Assembly: GCA_963668695.2 (NCBI GenBank)
Contig: CAXXLQ010000004.1
Span: 2,304,001 to 2,368,000, forward strand
DNA length: 64,000 nucleotides
Direction of reading: 5' to 3'
Source of the DNA: Vicinamibacteria bacterium
GTDB taxonomy: Bacteria > Acidobacteriota > Vicinamibacteria > Marinacidobacterales > Marinacidobacteraceae
Shown: positions 1 through 10,927 of the stretch, piece by piece
Position numbering within the stretch: the stretch's first letter is position 1
How the letters are laid out: each line of letters starts with the position of its first letter
Notes under the pieces: generated by a model
Told to the model about the DNA's origin: nothing
Seen by the model: only the letters and a program-made list of their open reading frames with translations
The model's database searches: none
Position numbers and translations under genes: made by a program

Positions 1-2057
1 CCGTCCGTGAAGAAGAGCCAGGTCTCTCCCGCACAAAGCGGTTGCGATCGCTCCTCGATGATTGCATCGAAGACCGGTCCCGGATCCAGCGCCAATCCGA
101 GGCCCGGAGGTTCGAGCGCCTCGGAGCGGGGCCATTCGCCGTCTTGTCGAATCAGATGGAGGAGGGGACTGTGACCGGCTCGGGCAAACGTGACCCGGCT
201 GGCGGCAGAGTCGAAAACTGCGTAGGTGATGGTGATGAAGGTGCGCGAATCGAGTTCGTTGTACAGAACCCGGTTCGCTTCGATCAGCACCGTGCGCGGC
301 GACTCGTGGATTCGACTCAAGGCGAGCATCAGACCCTTGAGTTCGGCCATGATGAAAGCAGCCCGAGTTCCGGTCCCGGATACGTCGGCGATCACCACTC
401 CGAGCTGATTCGGTCCGAGCGGGTACAGGTCGTAGTAGTCGCCGCCCACCTCGGTTGCGGGCCGGCAGACGGCCGCCATCGCAAATCCCGGTACTGAGAC
501 CGATCCTTCGGGAGGCAGTAGCCGTGCCTGGGACTGGCGCGCGGTCTCCATTTCCTGTTCGAGAACGGCCGCGCGCCGGAGACGGCCCATGTCGTCGGCG
601 ATCTTGGCGGTCATGATGTTGAAGGAACTCGCGAGTTCTCCCAGCTGGTCAGGAGATGCGGCGCGAACCTGATGCCCGAAGTTCCCGCTCCGGACAAAAT
701 CGGTCCCCTGACTCAGAGCTTCGACGGATCGGGTGATCGAGCGAGCAAGCCGCAGCCCGGCGGAGAAAGCCACGCACTCGATGAGCACGAAGACGATGCC
801 GAGGCCGCCGAGTACCAGGAGCAGGCCGCTGCGCCAGTCCTGATTGCTGATCGCCACGGGCTCGGAGAGTCCACTTGTTGTTCCCTGGATCAGATGAATC
901 GGGGCGAACCCGATGGCCACCAGGATGGTGCCCCCTTCCATGTCCGGACCCCAGGGAACGGCATCGAGCAACAGCGGCTCGTCCCAGCCGATCGTGAATC
1001 GATCGTCGCCCGATCCTGAGAAGTGCAGCGGGGCAGGCGGATCCTCGTTTTGATCTCCCAGATAGAGCGTCCACACCGTACGGACGCTCAGGTCCTCCTC
1101 CCGGGCGCTTTGCTCGAGCAACGGCGCCAGCGGAGCCAGGACGACTGCCAGGCGATCCCCGCGTGGGCTGGGAAACACCGCGCCGAACCACTCGGTGTCT
1201 TCCATCTGCACTACGCCCTCGTACGCGGTGCGAGCCCATTCAGGCACCGCATCGGACTCGCGAATGGGCCCTTCGCTACCGGAATGCACCAATCGGACGA
1301 TGCGTCCATCCTCGACCTCGAGATACCAGGCCGCCGCTCCGGGAGCGAAGGGTGTGATCCTCGCAATCGCTCTCTCCAGGCCCAGAGCGATTTCCGGCGC
1401 ACCCGATCCCGGGGAGACCTCCAGCAGCGTCTGTTGAGCCGCCGAGGCGAACGCTGTCCCGCGGGCTGCCAGGTTCGCCTGGAAGGCATAGGAGCCGAAC
1501 AGCCCCAGAACTACGTAGAAGGCGAGCAGAAAGAAAGAGGTGAGCAGCAGGACCGGCAACAGCCCCACGAACAGGTAGGAGACGGCCAGTTTCCGGCGCA
1601 CGGGATAGAGCACCCAGTGGAGCAGATCGCGCCCGAAGTACACGAGCACCGCCCCCAGCGTGATGACGAAGACCGTCCAGGCGTCCGCCGTCCACGAGCG
1701 GGGAAGGGCCCCTGCCGAGGAAAGTGTGGCGATCGCTCCGACCCCGAGCAGCAAACGACCGGGCCAGGAGCGGGCGAGAGCCTTCGCCGCACGTCCCAGA
1801 CCTTTGGCCAGGGATCCGGGATAGGCAGGCGTCGCGGGAGGCGGAACTGATGCGGAGGCTGGCCCGGCCGGTCGCCCCGCGTGCTGCGGTGGGTCTTGGG
1901 TGGAAATGTGTTGGCGTGCGGGTGTTTGAGAAACGGCAGTTGGCCGGATTGCTGGATCCGGGGCGTTCCCGATGAGGTCCGGTTCGACCCCTCTGGGGGA
2001 CGCGCGCTCGCACTCGAAACCCGAAGGCTCGGCGCCGCCCGCAGAGCGGACGATCCG
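1..2057 (-). CDS. Membrane HAMP-domain PP2C/SpoIIE (RsbU-like) phosphatase; 3' end runs off the window, start uncertain (frame open up to 2057)
   Basis: Hand translation of a minus frame missing from the ORF track gives EVGGDYYD, VIADVSGTG..AAFIMAELKG and LFFTDG, plus N-terminal TM segments (VRRKLAVSYLFVGLLPVLL). Confidence 0.85.
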
Positions 2058-2460
2058 TCAGAGCGCGGTGCGCCGCCGAGACACCGGGTCCAGAGGCGGT
2101 TCCGAAACAGAACGTGCGGCCGGCCGGCCAGTTCCGCCAGGCAAGGCCCCGCTTGGAATGGTCCGGTTACCGCGACACGGGTCGGAAGCGCCGGTGAGCA
2201 CCGGGCCGGCAAGAGCACGGGCCGGCGCCCCGAGTACTCGATTCAAGTGTAGCAGCCTATGAACGAAGTTACGTGGCCCAGTTGCCGTGAAAATGGTTTG
2301 GAGCGCCCGTGTTCACACCGGCATCGCGGCCGCAGGCCGCGAAACTCCCGCCGATCCCTTCGCCCATCGCCTGGACCATCCGGGGACGGCGAAACGCCGC
2401 CTGGACGGGTAGGTTGCGTCGCGCCATCCCCGTTGCCCGTCGCGACATGCGGGGATGGCC

Positions 2461-2520
2461 TGGGGGAGTTTCGTCCCCCTGTGGGGGACGATGCCGGTCT
2501 GAAGACCGGCGCTCCAGGCG
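2461..2520. repeat. REP-like palindrome (GGAGCGCCGGTCTTCAGACCGGC family, reverse orientation)
   Basis: GCCGGTCTGAAGACCGGCGCTCC hairpin; related copies near 34750, 45890, 50700, 50860 and 55860. Confidence 0.7.
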
Positions 2521-2567
2521 CGTCTCGTGCGCCTCCGCTGGGCGGCACCGTACACTCCCGAAAGCCC

Positions 2568-3341
2568 ATGCCCATGCGTCTTCCGGACCGCTGTCTCACC
2601 GCTGTCATCGTCCTTATGGTGGGTCTCGGAGTTGGGGAACCTGCGGTGGGCAACCAGATCGCGACCGAAGCCGCGCCCGCCATTCGGCTCTACGGAGTCG
2701 TGAGGCAGCGGGACGGCGGGGTGGCACTCCTGCGGTTTGGTGCTGGAAGGCCCGTGGCGCTCCAGGTTGGCGAATCCCATCGCGGTTTCACGGTTCGCGA
2801 GGTGCTCGCCGACGGCGTGCAACTTGAAGCTCCTGACGGCCAGACTTTGGCCGTGGCTCTCCCGGACACATGGACCCTCGCGGAAAGCGGGGAGCTGCCT
2901 CCCGTTCCGGAGCCGCCCCTGGAATCCGGGGCACTTGCCGAGGTCCCATCTCTCTCCGAGCTGACGCCGTTTGAGCCTCCTCCCGCCATCCCGCAACCGA
3001 GTCCGGCGTCCCCGGAACGGGGTGAACGGCGCTTTTCTCGAGATGACGTGCGGCTCCGGCTGCAGTCCGAACTCCCGCGAATCCTCGCGGGTGCCGTTGT
3101 GGCGCCTCGGGTACTCGGAAACGAGGTGGTGGGGTTGGAGTTGGTCGCATTCCCCACCGACACCGTGCTCGGAGAGGTCGGACTTATCCCCGGCGATGTT
3201 CTGCTGGCGGTAAACGGCAGGGAAGTGCGGGGGGCGGAATCGCTGGCGGTGCTCGTTCAGCGGTTTCAGACGGCAAGCGAGATCGAGATCACGGTGGATC
3301 GCGACGGCGAGATCTTCCCGTTGCGCTACCGGATCGAATAG
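2568..3341 (+). CDS. GspC-like protein with C-terminal PDZ domain
   Basis: N-terminal hydrophobic segment, IRLYGVV...ALL...LQVGE (GspC HR-like), PDZ motif GLIPGDVLLAVNG; ATG 2568 preferred over 2259. Confidence 0.65.
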   Translation: MPMRLPDRCLTAVIVLMVGLGVGEPAVGNQIATEAAPAIRLYGVVRQRDGGVALLRFGAGRPVALQVGESHRGFTVREVLADGVQLEAPDGQTLAVALPDTWTLAESGELPPVPEPPLESGALAEVPSLSELTPFEPPPAIPQPSPASPERGERRFSRDDVRLRLQSELPRILAGAVVAPRVLGNEVVGLELVAFPTDTVLGEVGLIPGDVLLAVNGREVRGAESLAVLVQRFQTASEIEITVDRDGEIFPLRYRIE

Positions 3342-3426
3342 CCGACCCTTCCGTTCCGCGATTCTCCGGAACTCCCCACGCCCAGGGACAGAGGCGCGCT
3401 GGCGGGTCGCGCCGGATCCCTGGTTA

Positions 3427-3559
3427 GCAGCCGGTGGATAAAGTCACGCGGCCCAGTTCTCCCGGTGGGGGCTCGAGCGGCGATGCATCCCGGCTGAGCC
3501 GCCCCCCACCGGGAGGACCGGCCGCTCTCGACGCTCACGCCACCTTGTCCACCGGCTGC
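3427..3559. mobile_element. MITE-like element, short copy
   Basis: TA|GCAGCCGGTGGATAAAGT ... CCTTGTCCACCGGCTGC|TA terminal inverted repeats with TA on both sides. Confidence 0.8.
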
Positions 3560-3972
3560 TACCGCGGTGTTGCGACGCTGCGCTCGGACGGACGGAGCAG
3601 CACCACAACCTCGCCGGGTTCTACCAGCTGATGGTGAGTCTTCGCGTGGACTTCGAAGGCGGCCGCGTCCTCGCGCAGCGACGCAATCGAATCCTGGAGT
3701 CCCTTTGCTTCCTGTCCGAGGCGCGCGACCTCAGCAGCCAACTGGTCCTGCAACCGCCCCTGTTCATTCAGCGATTCGAGTCCGCTGACACCAACGGCGG
3801 CGGCGGAGATTCCGATCAAGACCGTGACGATCACCGGCGCTGTCCGCTCGGGTCGCTCGACCAGGACGCGTCCCCATCCTGCGCTCCTCCGGAGGATGCG
3901 TTTCCCCAGGGTTCCAAATCTGCGGTGCAAGCCGCTTAGCGCGGAAGCTGCCGCTTCATTCGAGGATGTCAT
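3559..3972 (-). CDS. ftsB: Septum formation initiator, FtsB/DivIC family
   Basis: One TM segment, coiled coil, C-terminal ...AKTHHQLVEPGEVVV motif. Confidence 0.7.
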   Translation of the reverse strand: MTSSNEAAASALSGLHRRFGTLGKRILRRSAGWGRVLVERPERTAPVIVTVLIGISAAAVGVSGLESLNEQGRLQDQLAAEVARLGQEAKGLQDSIASLREDAAAFEVHAKTHHQLVEPGEVVVLLRPSERSVATPR

Positions 3973-4059
3973 GGCTCCGACGGGGACTCTCCCGAGCTGG
4001 GGTCTCCGTTCCCATTCTATTCGGAAGCGGGGACGGGGCCGGCCGAGAGCCGGCTCCTA

Positions 4060-4567
4060 GCAGCCTGTGGTGAAACCCACGTGAGCGCCGAGGCCCCCAC
4101 CGGGAGAACTGGCCGGCGAGGCGCCCGGCTGACAAGGCGCGTGAGGGAGGAGCCCCCACCGGGAGAACTGGCCCGGGTGTATTTCGACCGAAACGCAACG
4201 ATGAGCGGCGCGCAGCGACGCGGTGAACAGCCGGTGGTGGAACCCACGTGAGCGCCGAGGCCGGTGAGGCGCCCGGCTGACAAGGCGCGTGAGGGAGGAG
4301 CCCCCACCGGGAGAACTGGCCCGGGTGTATTCCGACCGAAACGCAACGATGAGCGGCGCGCAGCGACGCGGTTCAGCCGGGATGGATCGCCGGCCGAACG
4401 CCGCGTGGGTTTCATCACCGGTTGTTTGGCCGGGATGGATCGCCGGCCGAGCCCCCACCGGGAGAACTGGGCCGCGTGGGTTTCATCACCGGTTGTTTGG
4501 CCGGGATGGATCGCCGGTCGAGCCCCCACCGGGAGAACTGGGCCGTGTGGGTTTTGCCACAGGCTGC
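4060..4567. mobile_element. Composite MITE-like repeat cluster
   Basis: TA|GCAGCCTGTGG ... CCACAGGCTGC|TA; internal tandem modules. Confidence 0.85.
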
Positions 4568-7473
4568 TAGCCGCCGAGTTGCCCCGCGAGTTCCGTCAGC
4601 CGCTCGGTCTGATCGTTCAGTGAGGCGAGTCGTTCGCGCACCTTGTCCACCACGGCCGGATCGGCGCCCTTAAGGAAACCGGGATTCGCCAGACGTTTCC
4701 GAGTGCTCTCGCGCTCCTTGGTGAGACGCTGCAGCTGTCCTTCAACGCGGCGACGTACCGCGTCGAGATCAACCGCTTGTCCGAGGGCGGTTTGCGCTTC
4801 GAAAGCCGGGTCCACGATGGAGACCCGGCCTGCCGCATCGACCCCGCTCGTACTGGTCGTCGGTGAGGGCCAGCTCGCATCTGGCAACGCGACCGAAATG
4901 GACGAGAGGCGGGCGAGAGAAGCGACGGGGCCGCGGCATTCGGAGAGCAGAGCGCCGAATCCGGCGAGTCCACGCGATTCTCTTACCGAGACAGCAAGTC
5001 GCAGATCCGGAGGCAGGCCCGCGTCGGCGCGCAGTTTGCGGATAGCGCTCACCAACCTCTGGAGAGCCTCGAACCGCTCCTCGAGGCGCTGGTCGCGCGT
5101 TCCTCCCGTCGCCGGAAACGTGGAGCGGGCAAGCAGATCCGCTTCCGGCCGCTGACCGCTCCAGAGGTTCTTCCGGTCCATGGCGATCCGGAGACGCGAG
5201 AAGAGGTGCTCGGTCACGAAGGGAGTCACGGGATGGAGCAGATGCAGGGTGTCGCTCAGGACGCCGCCAAGCGTGGCGGCAGTGCGCCGCGCCGCTCTCG
5301 GTCCGGAACGTAGGCGCACCTTGGCCAACTCGACGTACCAATCGCAGAAGTCGTTCCAGACAAATCGATAGAGAACGGCTCCCACGGCGGCGAAATCGAA
5401 GCAGTCGAGGGCCGTTCGCACTTCGCTTACGCAGGCGCTTGCCCGGGAAACGATCCATCGATCCTCGGCCTGTGGTTCCCCCAGGGGGCCCTCATCCGCT
5501 ACTTCATCAAGGGCAAGGAGTGCGAAGCGGGAGGCATTCCAGAGCTTTGTCAGAAAACGGCGGCCGATCTCGTGGAACTTCGAAAGCGAAAGGCGCATTT
5601 CCTGCCCTTCGGAACAAAGCCGCACCAGGGTGAACCGCAAGGCATCGGCCCCTACTCCCTCGAAGCCTTCAGGGAAACTCCGCTCGACACGATGGAGGAG
5701 TTCCTTCATGTTGGTGGGACGGGCCTCATGCACTGGCCTCTTGAGTTCCGCCAGGGTGGCCCCGTCGATCACCGCGAGCGGGTCCACTCCGTTCCCCTTG
5801 CTCTTGCTCATGACCGCGCCGCGTTCGTCGAGCACGGTGGGGTGGATGTAGACGTCGCGGTACGGAAGCTGGCCCGTCATCTCGATGCCGGCAAAGTTCA
5901 TCCGCGCCACCCAGAAGAAGAGGATTCCCTTGTCGGTGGACAGCACCGAGGTCGGGAAGTAGCGAGCGAGGTCGGGTGTCTTGTCCGGCCAGCCGAGCGT
6001 GCTCATCGGCCAGAGCCAGGAACTGAACCAGGTGTCCAGTACGTCTTCGTCCTGACGCCACGCTTCCGGGTCTGCGAGTACCTCGGGGGGTGTATCGACA
6101 CCCACCGCGACACTGCCGCTTTTCCGGTGGTGCCAGGCCGGGATGCGGTGCCCCCACCAGATCTGGCGGCTGATCGTCCAGTCCCGAATCTCGATGAGCC
6201 ACCGCGCGTAGACCTGCTCCCAGCGGGCTGGGTAAAAGCGAAGTTCGCCCTCGCGCACCTTTTCCCATCCCATCTCCCCTTTCTCGAATCCGCTTCGCCG
6301 AAGCGCCCGGTCCGCAAGCGGGCGCATCCTGACGAACCATTGGTCGGAGAGGCGGTACTCGATCGGGGCTCCGGAACGCTGTGCCCGACCCAGTGGCACC
6401 TGGTGCGGGGTTACCGCCTCGAGGAGTCCCGCAGCTTCAAGCGCGGCGACTGCCTCCCGGCGCGCCTCATATCGGTCGAGGCCACGGAAGGCCTCGGGCA
6501 CTTCGTTGTTCAGGGTCGCGTCCTCGTGCATCACATTCCGGGGTTCGAGGTGATGGCGTTCCCCAATCTCGAAGTCGTGCGGATCGTGCGCCGGAGTGAT
6601 CTTGAGACAACCGGTCCCGAAGTCCCGTTCCACCCCGGAGTCGGCGATGACCGGAATCACATGGCCCGTAAGCGGAAGATGGACCTGCCGGCCGATGAAC
6701 TCACGGTAGCGGGGATCCTCGGGATGCACCGCGACGGCGACATCCCCGAACAGCGTCTCCGGCCGGGTAGTCGCTACCGTGAGGTGCCGCTGGGAGTTGT
6801 CTGCGAGCGGATAGTTGATGCTCCACAGGTGGCCTGGCTCTCCGCCGGGAGCCGTTTCGACTTCGTCGTCGGAGAGCGCCGTTCGGTCCACGGGGCACCA
6901 GTTGACCACCCGTTTGCCGCGATAGATCAGTCCGCGGTCGTAGAGCGCCTTGAAGACCGTGCGCACGGCTCGGGAAAGCCCCTCGTCCATCGTGAACCGG
7001 GTGCGGCGGAAGTCGCACGAACATCCCAACTTGCGAAGCTGTTCCAGGATGATGCCCCCGAACTCCTCCCGCCATTCCCAGACCCGTTCGATGAAGGCCT
7101 CGCGTCCCAAGGCCCGGTAATCCACGCCCTGAGCGTCGAGGTGCTTTCGGACGACAGTCTGGGTGGAGATGCCGGCATGGTCGGTTCCCGGGACCCAGAG
7201 GGCGTCCCGCCCTTCCATTCGCCGGTACCGAATCAGTACGTCCTGAATCGTGTTGTTGAGGGCGTGGCCCATGTGGAGCCGGCCGGTGATGTTGGGAGGC
7301 GGGATGACGATCGTGAACGGCTCCCGCCCCGGATCGCCCTCCGGCCGTGTCCGGCCGCCGGAATCCACCTCCGTTTCGAAGGCCGCCGCCTCCGCCCAGC
7401 GCTCCCACCCTTCGGCCTCGACGGCCGCCGAGTCGAAGCGGGTGGCCAGGGCGCTTCCTCGCCCGGTACTCAC
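4567..7473 (-). CDS. valS: Valine--tRNA ligase
   Basis: PPPNITGRLHMGH (HIGH), GTDHAGI, WTISRQIWWGHRIP, DVLDTWFSS, MSKSKGN, C-terminal coiled coil. Confidence 0.98.
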   Translation of the reverse strand: MSTGRGSALATRFDSAAVEAEGWERWAEAAAFETEVDSGGRTRPEGDPGREPFTIVIPPPNITGRLHMGHALNNTIQDVLIRYRRMEGRDALWVPGTDHAGISTQTVVRKHLDAQGVDYRALGREAFIERVWEWREEFGGIILEQLRKLGCSCDFRRTRFTMDEGLSRAVRTVFKALYDRGLIYRGKRVVNWCPVDRTALSDDEVETAPGGEPGHLWSINYPLADNSQRHLTVATTRPETLFGDVAVAVHPEDPRYREFIGRQVHLPLTGHVIPVIADSGVERDFGTGCLKITPAHDPHDFEIGERHHLEPRNVMHEDATLNNEVPEAFRGLDRYEARREAVAALEAAGLLEAVTPHQVPLGRAQRSGAPIEYRLSDQWFVRMRPLADRALRRSGFEKGEMGWEKVREGELRFYPARWEQVYARWLIEIRDWTISRQIWWGHRIPAWHHRKSGSVAVGVDTPPEVLADPEAWRQDEDVLDTWFSSWLWPMSTLGWPDKTPDLARYFPTSVLSTDKGILFFWVARMNFAGIEMTGQLPYRDVYIHPTVLDERGAVMSKSKGNGVDPLAVIDGATLAELKRPVHEARPTNMKELLHRVERSFPEGFEGVGADALRFTLVRLCSEGQEMRLSLSKFHEIGRRFLTKLWNASRFALLALDEVADEGPLGEPQAEDRWIVSRASACVSEVRTALDCFDFAAVGAVLYRFVWNDFCDWYVELAKVRLRSGPRAARRTAATLGGVLSDTLHLLHPVTPFVTEHLFSRLRIAMDRKNLWSGQRPEADLLARSTFPATGGTRDQRLEERFEALQRLVSAIRKLRADAGLPPDLRLAVSVRESRGLAGFGALLSECRGPVASLARLSSISVALPDASWPSPTTSTSGVDAAGRVSIVDPAFEAQTALGQAVDLDAVRRRVEGQLQRLTKERESTRKRLANPGFLKGADPAVVDKVRERLASLNDQTERLTELAGQLGG

Positions 7474-7475
7474 TG

Positions 7476-7728
7476 GCAGCCTGTGGATGAAGTGGCGTGA
7501 GCGCCGAGAGCGGCCAGTCTCCCGGTGGGGGCGAGGCGCCCGGCTGACGAGGCGCGCGAGGGAGGAGCCCCCACCGGGAGAACTGGCCCGGGTGTATTTC
7601 GACCGAAGCGCAACGATGAGCAGTGCGAAGCGCCAGTTCTCCCGGTGGGGGGGCGGTTCAGCCGGGATGCATCGCCGCTCGAGCCCCCACCGGGAGAACT
7701 GGGCCGCGTCACTTCGTTCACAGGCTGC
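7476..7728. mobile_element. MITE-like element
   Basis: GCAGCCTGTGGATGAAGT ... ACTTCGTTCACAGGCTGC|TA. Confidence 0.85.
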
Positions 7729-7731
7729 TAT

Positions 7732-8892
7732 TTAGCAGACGGCGGCGGCCAGGGTGGCTGCGCGATCGGTGCTTTCCCAGGGGAAACCAGCGCTCTCGTG
7801 TCCGAAGTGGCCACCCTTTGCGGTGTTCTCGTAGATGGGGCGGCGCAGGTCGAAGTGGTCGATGATTTCCTTGGGAGTCAGCCCGAAGATATCGCGGACG
7901 GCGCCTTCGATGACCGCGTCGTCCGCGGTTCCGGTACCAAAGGTATCCACCCGGACCGAAACCGGCTCCGCACGGCCGATTGCGTAGGCGATCTGCACCT
8001 CGGCCCTTCGCGCGAGTTCCCCCGCCACCACGTTCTTGGCGATGTAGCGAGCCATGTAGGCGGCCGAGCGGTCCACCTTGGTCGGGTCCTTGCCCGAAAA
8101 AGCACCGCCGCCGTGGCGGGCCATCCCGCCATAGGTGTCGACGATAATCTTCCGGCCCGTGAGTCCGCAGTCGGCCGCCGGGCCGCCCTCTACGAATTTC
8201 CCGGTTGGATTGACGAGGATCGAGAGTGAGCCGGCTCGAAACTTCTCTGGAAGCACCGGGAGCACGATCTGTTCCTCGATGTCGCGAACCACGCGATCGA
8301 GAGCATCTTCCGCGTGTTGGGTGGACGCGACGACGGTCGGAACGGAGACGGGGTTTCCGGCTCTGTCATAGGCCACAGTGACCTGCGCCTTCCCGTCCGG
8401 ACCCAGATACGGAACTTCTCCGCTCCTCCGCGCTTCAGTCAGCCGCCGTGTGATCCGGTGCGCCAGCATGATGGGGAGCGGCATGAGTTCCGGCGTCTCG
8501 TCGCAGGCGAAACCGAACATCATCCCCTGGTCCCCCGCGCCGCCGGTGTCCACACCCAGGGCGATGTCCGCGGTCTGCCGGCCCATATGGACGTGGACCT
8601 CCACGGCGTCGGCGTCGAAGTCGTCGTTCCTTCCCGTGTACCCGATTCGCCGGATCGTTCGGCGGACCACGGCCTCGAGTTCCGCCGGTGAGGGGCCACC
8701 CCGGGCGGTGGCTTCCCCGGCAATCACCGCGCGACCCGCAGTAACGAGGGTTTCGCAGGCGACCCGGGCCAGTGGATCCCGCGTCAGGAAGGCATCCAGA
8801 ATGGCATCAGAAATCTGGTCCGCGACCTTGTCCGGGTGGCCTTCGGTCACGGACTCCGACGTAAAGAGCCGCAGGTCGCGGTGGTGTTGCAC
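7732..8892 (-). CDS. metK: S-adenosylmethionine synthetase
   Basis: [39 protein letters not shown]; GTG at 8892 with a purine-rich RBS upstream. Confidence 0.98.
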   Translation of the reverse strand: MQHHRDLRLFTSESVTEGHPDKVADQISDAILDAFLTRDPLARVACETLVTAGRAVIAGEATARGGPSPAELEAVVRRTIRRIGYTGRNDDFDADAVEVHVHMGRQTADIALGVDTGGAGDQGMMFGFACDETPELMPLPIMLAHRITRRLTEARRSGEVPYLGPDGKAQVTVAYDRAGNPVSVPTVVASTQHAEDALDRVVRDIEEQIVLPVLPEKFRAGSLSILVNPTGKFVEGGPAADCGLTGRKIIVDTYGGMARHGGGAFSGKDPTKVDRSAAYMARYIAKNVVAGELARRAEVQIAYAIGRAEPVSVRVDTFGTGTADDAVIEGAVRDIFGLTPKEIIDHFDLRRPIYENTAKGGHFGHESAGFPWESTDRAATLAAAVC

Positions 8893-9066
8893 GCTTACAG
8901 AACGCCTTCCTCTTTCTGGGGTCTTGACCGGATGGGAGAGGCAACCTTCATGGGTCGCCTCGGGAGCCGTCGTCGATGAGCGGCGCGCGATGATAGCAGC
9001 CCGGATTCGACCCGGATTCGCGGCGCCGAGCTGGATCCCGACGCTCGAAACGGGGGCGAATTGGTG

Positions 9067-10197
9067 ATGGCGGGCACTCCCCGGCCCACCGCGGTCATCC
9101 TCCTCGCAGGCAAGTCCGAGCGAACCTGGCCGCTGACCGCCGACTTCCCGAAGCCGCTCCTGCCGCTCTGGGGCCGGCCGCTCACCGAGCGCGTGCTTGA
9201 CCAGTTGGACGGGCTCGTGGACACCGCGGTCCTGGTGGTCGGCCATCAGAAGGAGCGGATCCTCGCCCATTTCGGTAGGAAGTACCGGGGTATCCGCCTG
9301 GTGCCCGTCGAGCAGGAGCGCGCCCGCGGCACCGCCGATGCGCTTCGGGTCGCTCGGGCCGTTGTCGGGGGTCCGGTCCTCGTCCTGAACGGGGACGACT
9401 TCTACCACCACGACGACCTGGCCCGGGTGACGCAGCACCCTCAGGCGATCCTGTGCAAGGAGGCCAGCGACCCCTGGAACCGGGCGACGGTCACCGTGAC
9501 CGACGACGACTGGCTGGTGGATGTCGAGGAAAAGCCTCCGGAGGCCAAGCCCTGGCAGTTGAGCAGCGTGGGCGCCTATTCACTGGCGCGCGAGGACCTG
9601 GATCACCTGGGGGAAGTGCGGGAGAGCGCGCGCGGTGAACTCGAACTGCCGGATCTCATCCGGATCCTGGCTCGTTCTCCCGGGGTGCGGGCCGTGCGCG
9701 CCCAGCGCCCCTGGATTCCGCTCACTTATCCGTGGGACGTCATCGGCCGCATCGTTCCGCTGTTCGGGGGCGACCCTCCGGGGGCCGGGGCCCGGGCGCT
9801 CGGGTTCGAGACGAGCACCGGACGAATGGGGGAGGGCGCCATCTTTCTCGGGGAGGGCGCATCGGTGCACCCGGACGCCCGCCTGCGGGGGCCGGTGGAA
9901 CTTGGTGCCGGGGCCCGGATTGGCGCGGGCGCGGCCGTGGAGCGTGCGGTACTGATGGAGGGGGCGCGCATTGGAGCTGGAGCGATCGTCCGGGACAGCG
10001 TGCTTGGGCGCGGCGCCTCGGTCGGAGCAGGGGCGCGTCTCCTCTCGGGCCCAGTCGAGCGAATCCAGGTGCTCCGGCACACGGCGCGGGTTGGGGTGCC
10101 CGTCGTGGGGGCCTGCCTGGGAGCGAATGCGAGTGTCGCGAGCGGTTCGGAGACGCCTCCCGGCATCCTGCTGGGCCCGGGTCAGTCTTTCGGGTAG
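9067..10197 (+). CDS. Sugar-phosphate nucleotidyltransferase with hexapeptide (LbH) C-terminus, GlmU/MPG1-like
   Basis: [42 protein letters not shown], LbH repeats. Confidence 0.85.
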   Translation: MAGTPRPTAVILLAGKSERTWPLTADFPKPLLPLWGRPLTERVLDQLDGLVDTAVLVVGHQKERILAHFGRKYRGIRLVPVEQERARGTADALRVARAVVGGPVLVLNGDDFYHHDDLARVTQHPQAILCKEASDPWNRATVTVTDDDWLVDVEEKPPEAKPWQLSSVGAYSLAREDLDHLGEVRESARGELELPDLIRILARSPGVRAVRAQRPWIPLTYPWDVIGRIVPLFGGDPPGAGARALGFETSTGRMGEGAIFLGEGASVHPDARLRGPVELGAGARIGAGAAVERAVLMEGARIGAGAIVRDSVLGRGASVGAGARLLSGPVERIQVLRHTARVGVPVVGACLGANASVASGSETPPGILLGPGQSFG

Positions 10198-10927
10198 CAG
10201 CCGGTGGTGGACCCGGGTGAGCGCCGAGGCCGGCCAGTTCTCCCGGTGGGGGCGAGGCCCAGTTCTCCCGGTGGGGCCAGTCCTCCCGGTGGGGGCCCGG
10301 CTGACAAGGCGCGTGAGGGAGGAGCCCCCACCGGGAGAACTGGCCCGGGTGTATTTCGACCGAAACGCAACGATGAGCGGCGCGCCGCGACGCGGGTAAC
10401 AGCCTGTGGTGGAACCCGCGTGAGCGCCGAGGCTGGCGAGGCGCCCGGCTGACAAGGCGCGTGAGGAAGGAGCCCCCACCGGGAGAACTGGCCCGGGTGT
10501 ATTTCGACCGAAACGCAACGACGAGCGGCGCGAAGCGACGCGGGTAACAGCCTGTGGTGGAACGCCGCGTGAGCGCCGAGGCTGGCGAGGCAGTTCTCCC
10601 GGTGGGGGTCCGGCTGACAAGGCGCGTGAGGAAGGAGCCCCCACCGGGAGAACTGGCCCGGGTGTATTTCGACCGAAACGCAACGATGAGCGACGCGAAG
10701 CGACGCGGTTCAGCCGGGATGGATCGCCGGCCGAGCCCCCACCGGGAGAACTGGGCCGCGTGGGTTTCATCACCGGCTGTTTGGCCGGGATGGATCTGAT
10801 CGCCGGCCGAGCCCCCACCGGGAGAACTGGGCCGCGCGGGTTTCATTGCAGGCTGTTTGGCCGGGATGGATCGCCGGCCGAGCCCCCACCGGGAGAACTG
10901 GGCCGCGTGGGTTTCACCACAGGCTGT
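10197..10927. mobile_element. Large composite MITE-like cluster between convergent genes
   Basis: Three tandem core modules plus 71-bp submodules; each end coincides with a stop codon. Confidence 0.85.

Noticed and set aside
5572-7500. Long antisense or alternate-frame ORFs (5572-7500, 24232-26742, 54070-55845 and others)
   Set aside because: Shadow ORFs of real high-GC genes on the other strand or frame.
8895-8990. SAM-I riboswitch upstream of metK
   Set aside because: CTCATCGA...ATGAAG is suggestive, but the GCAACC, GTGC.AA and closing GATGAG elements are not in order. An Rfam scan would settle it.
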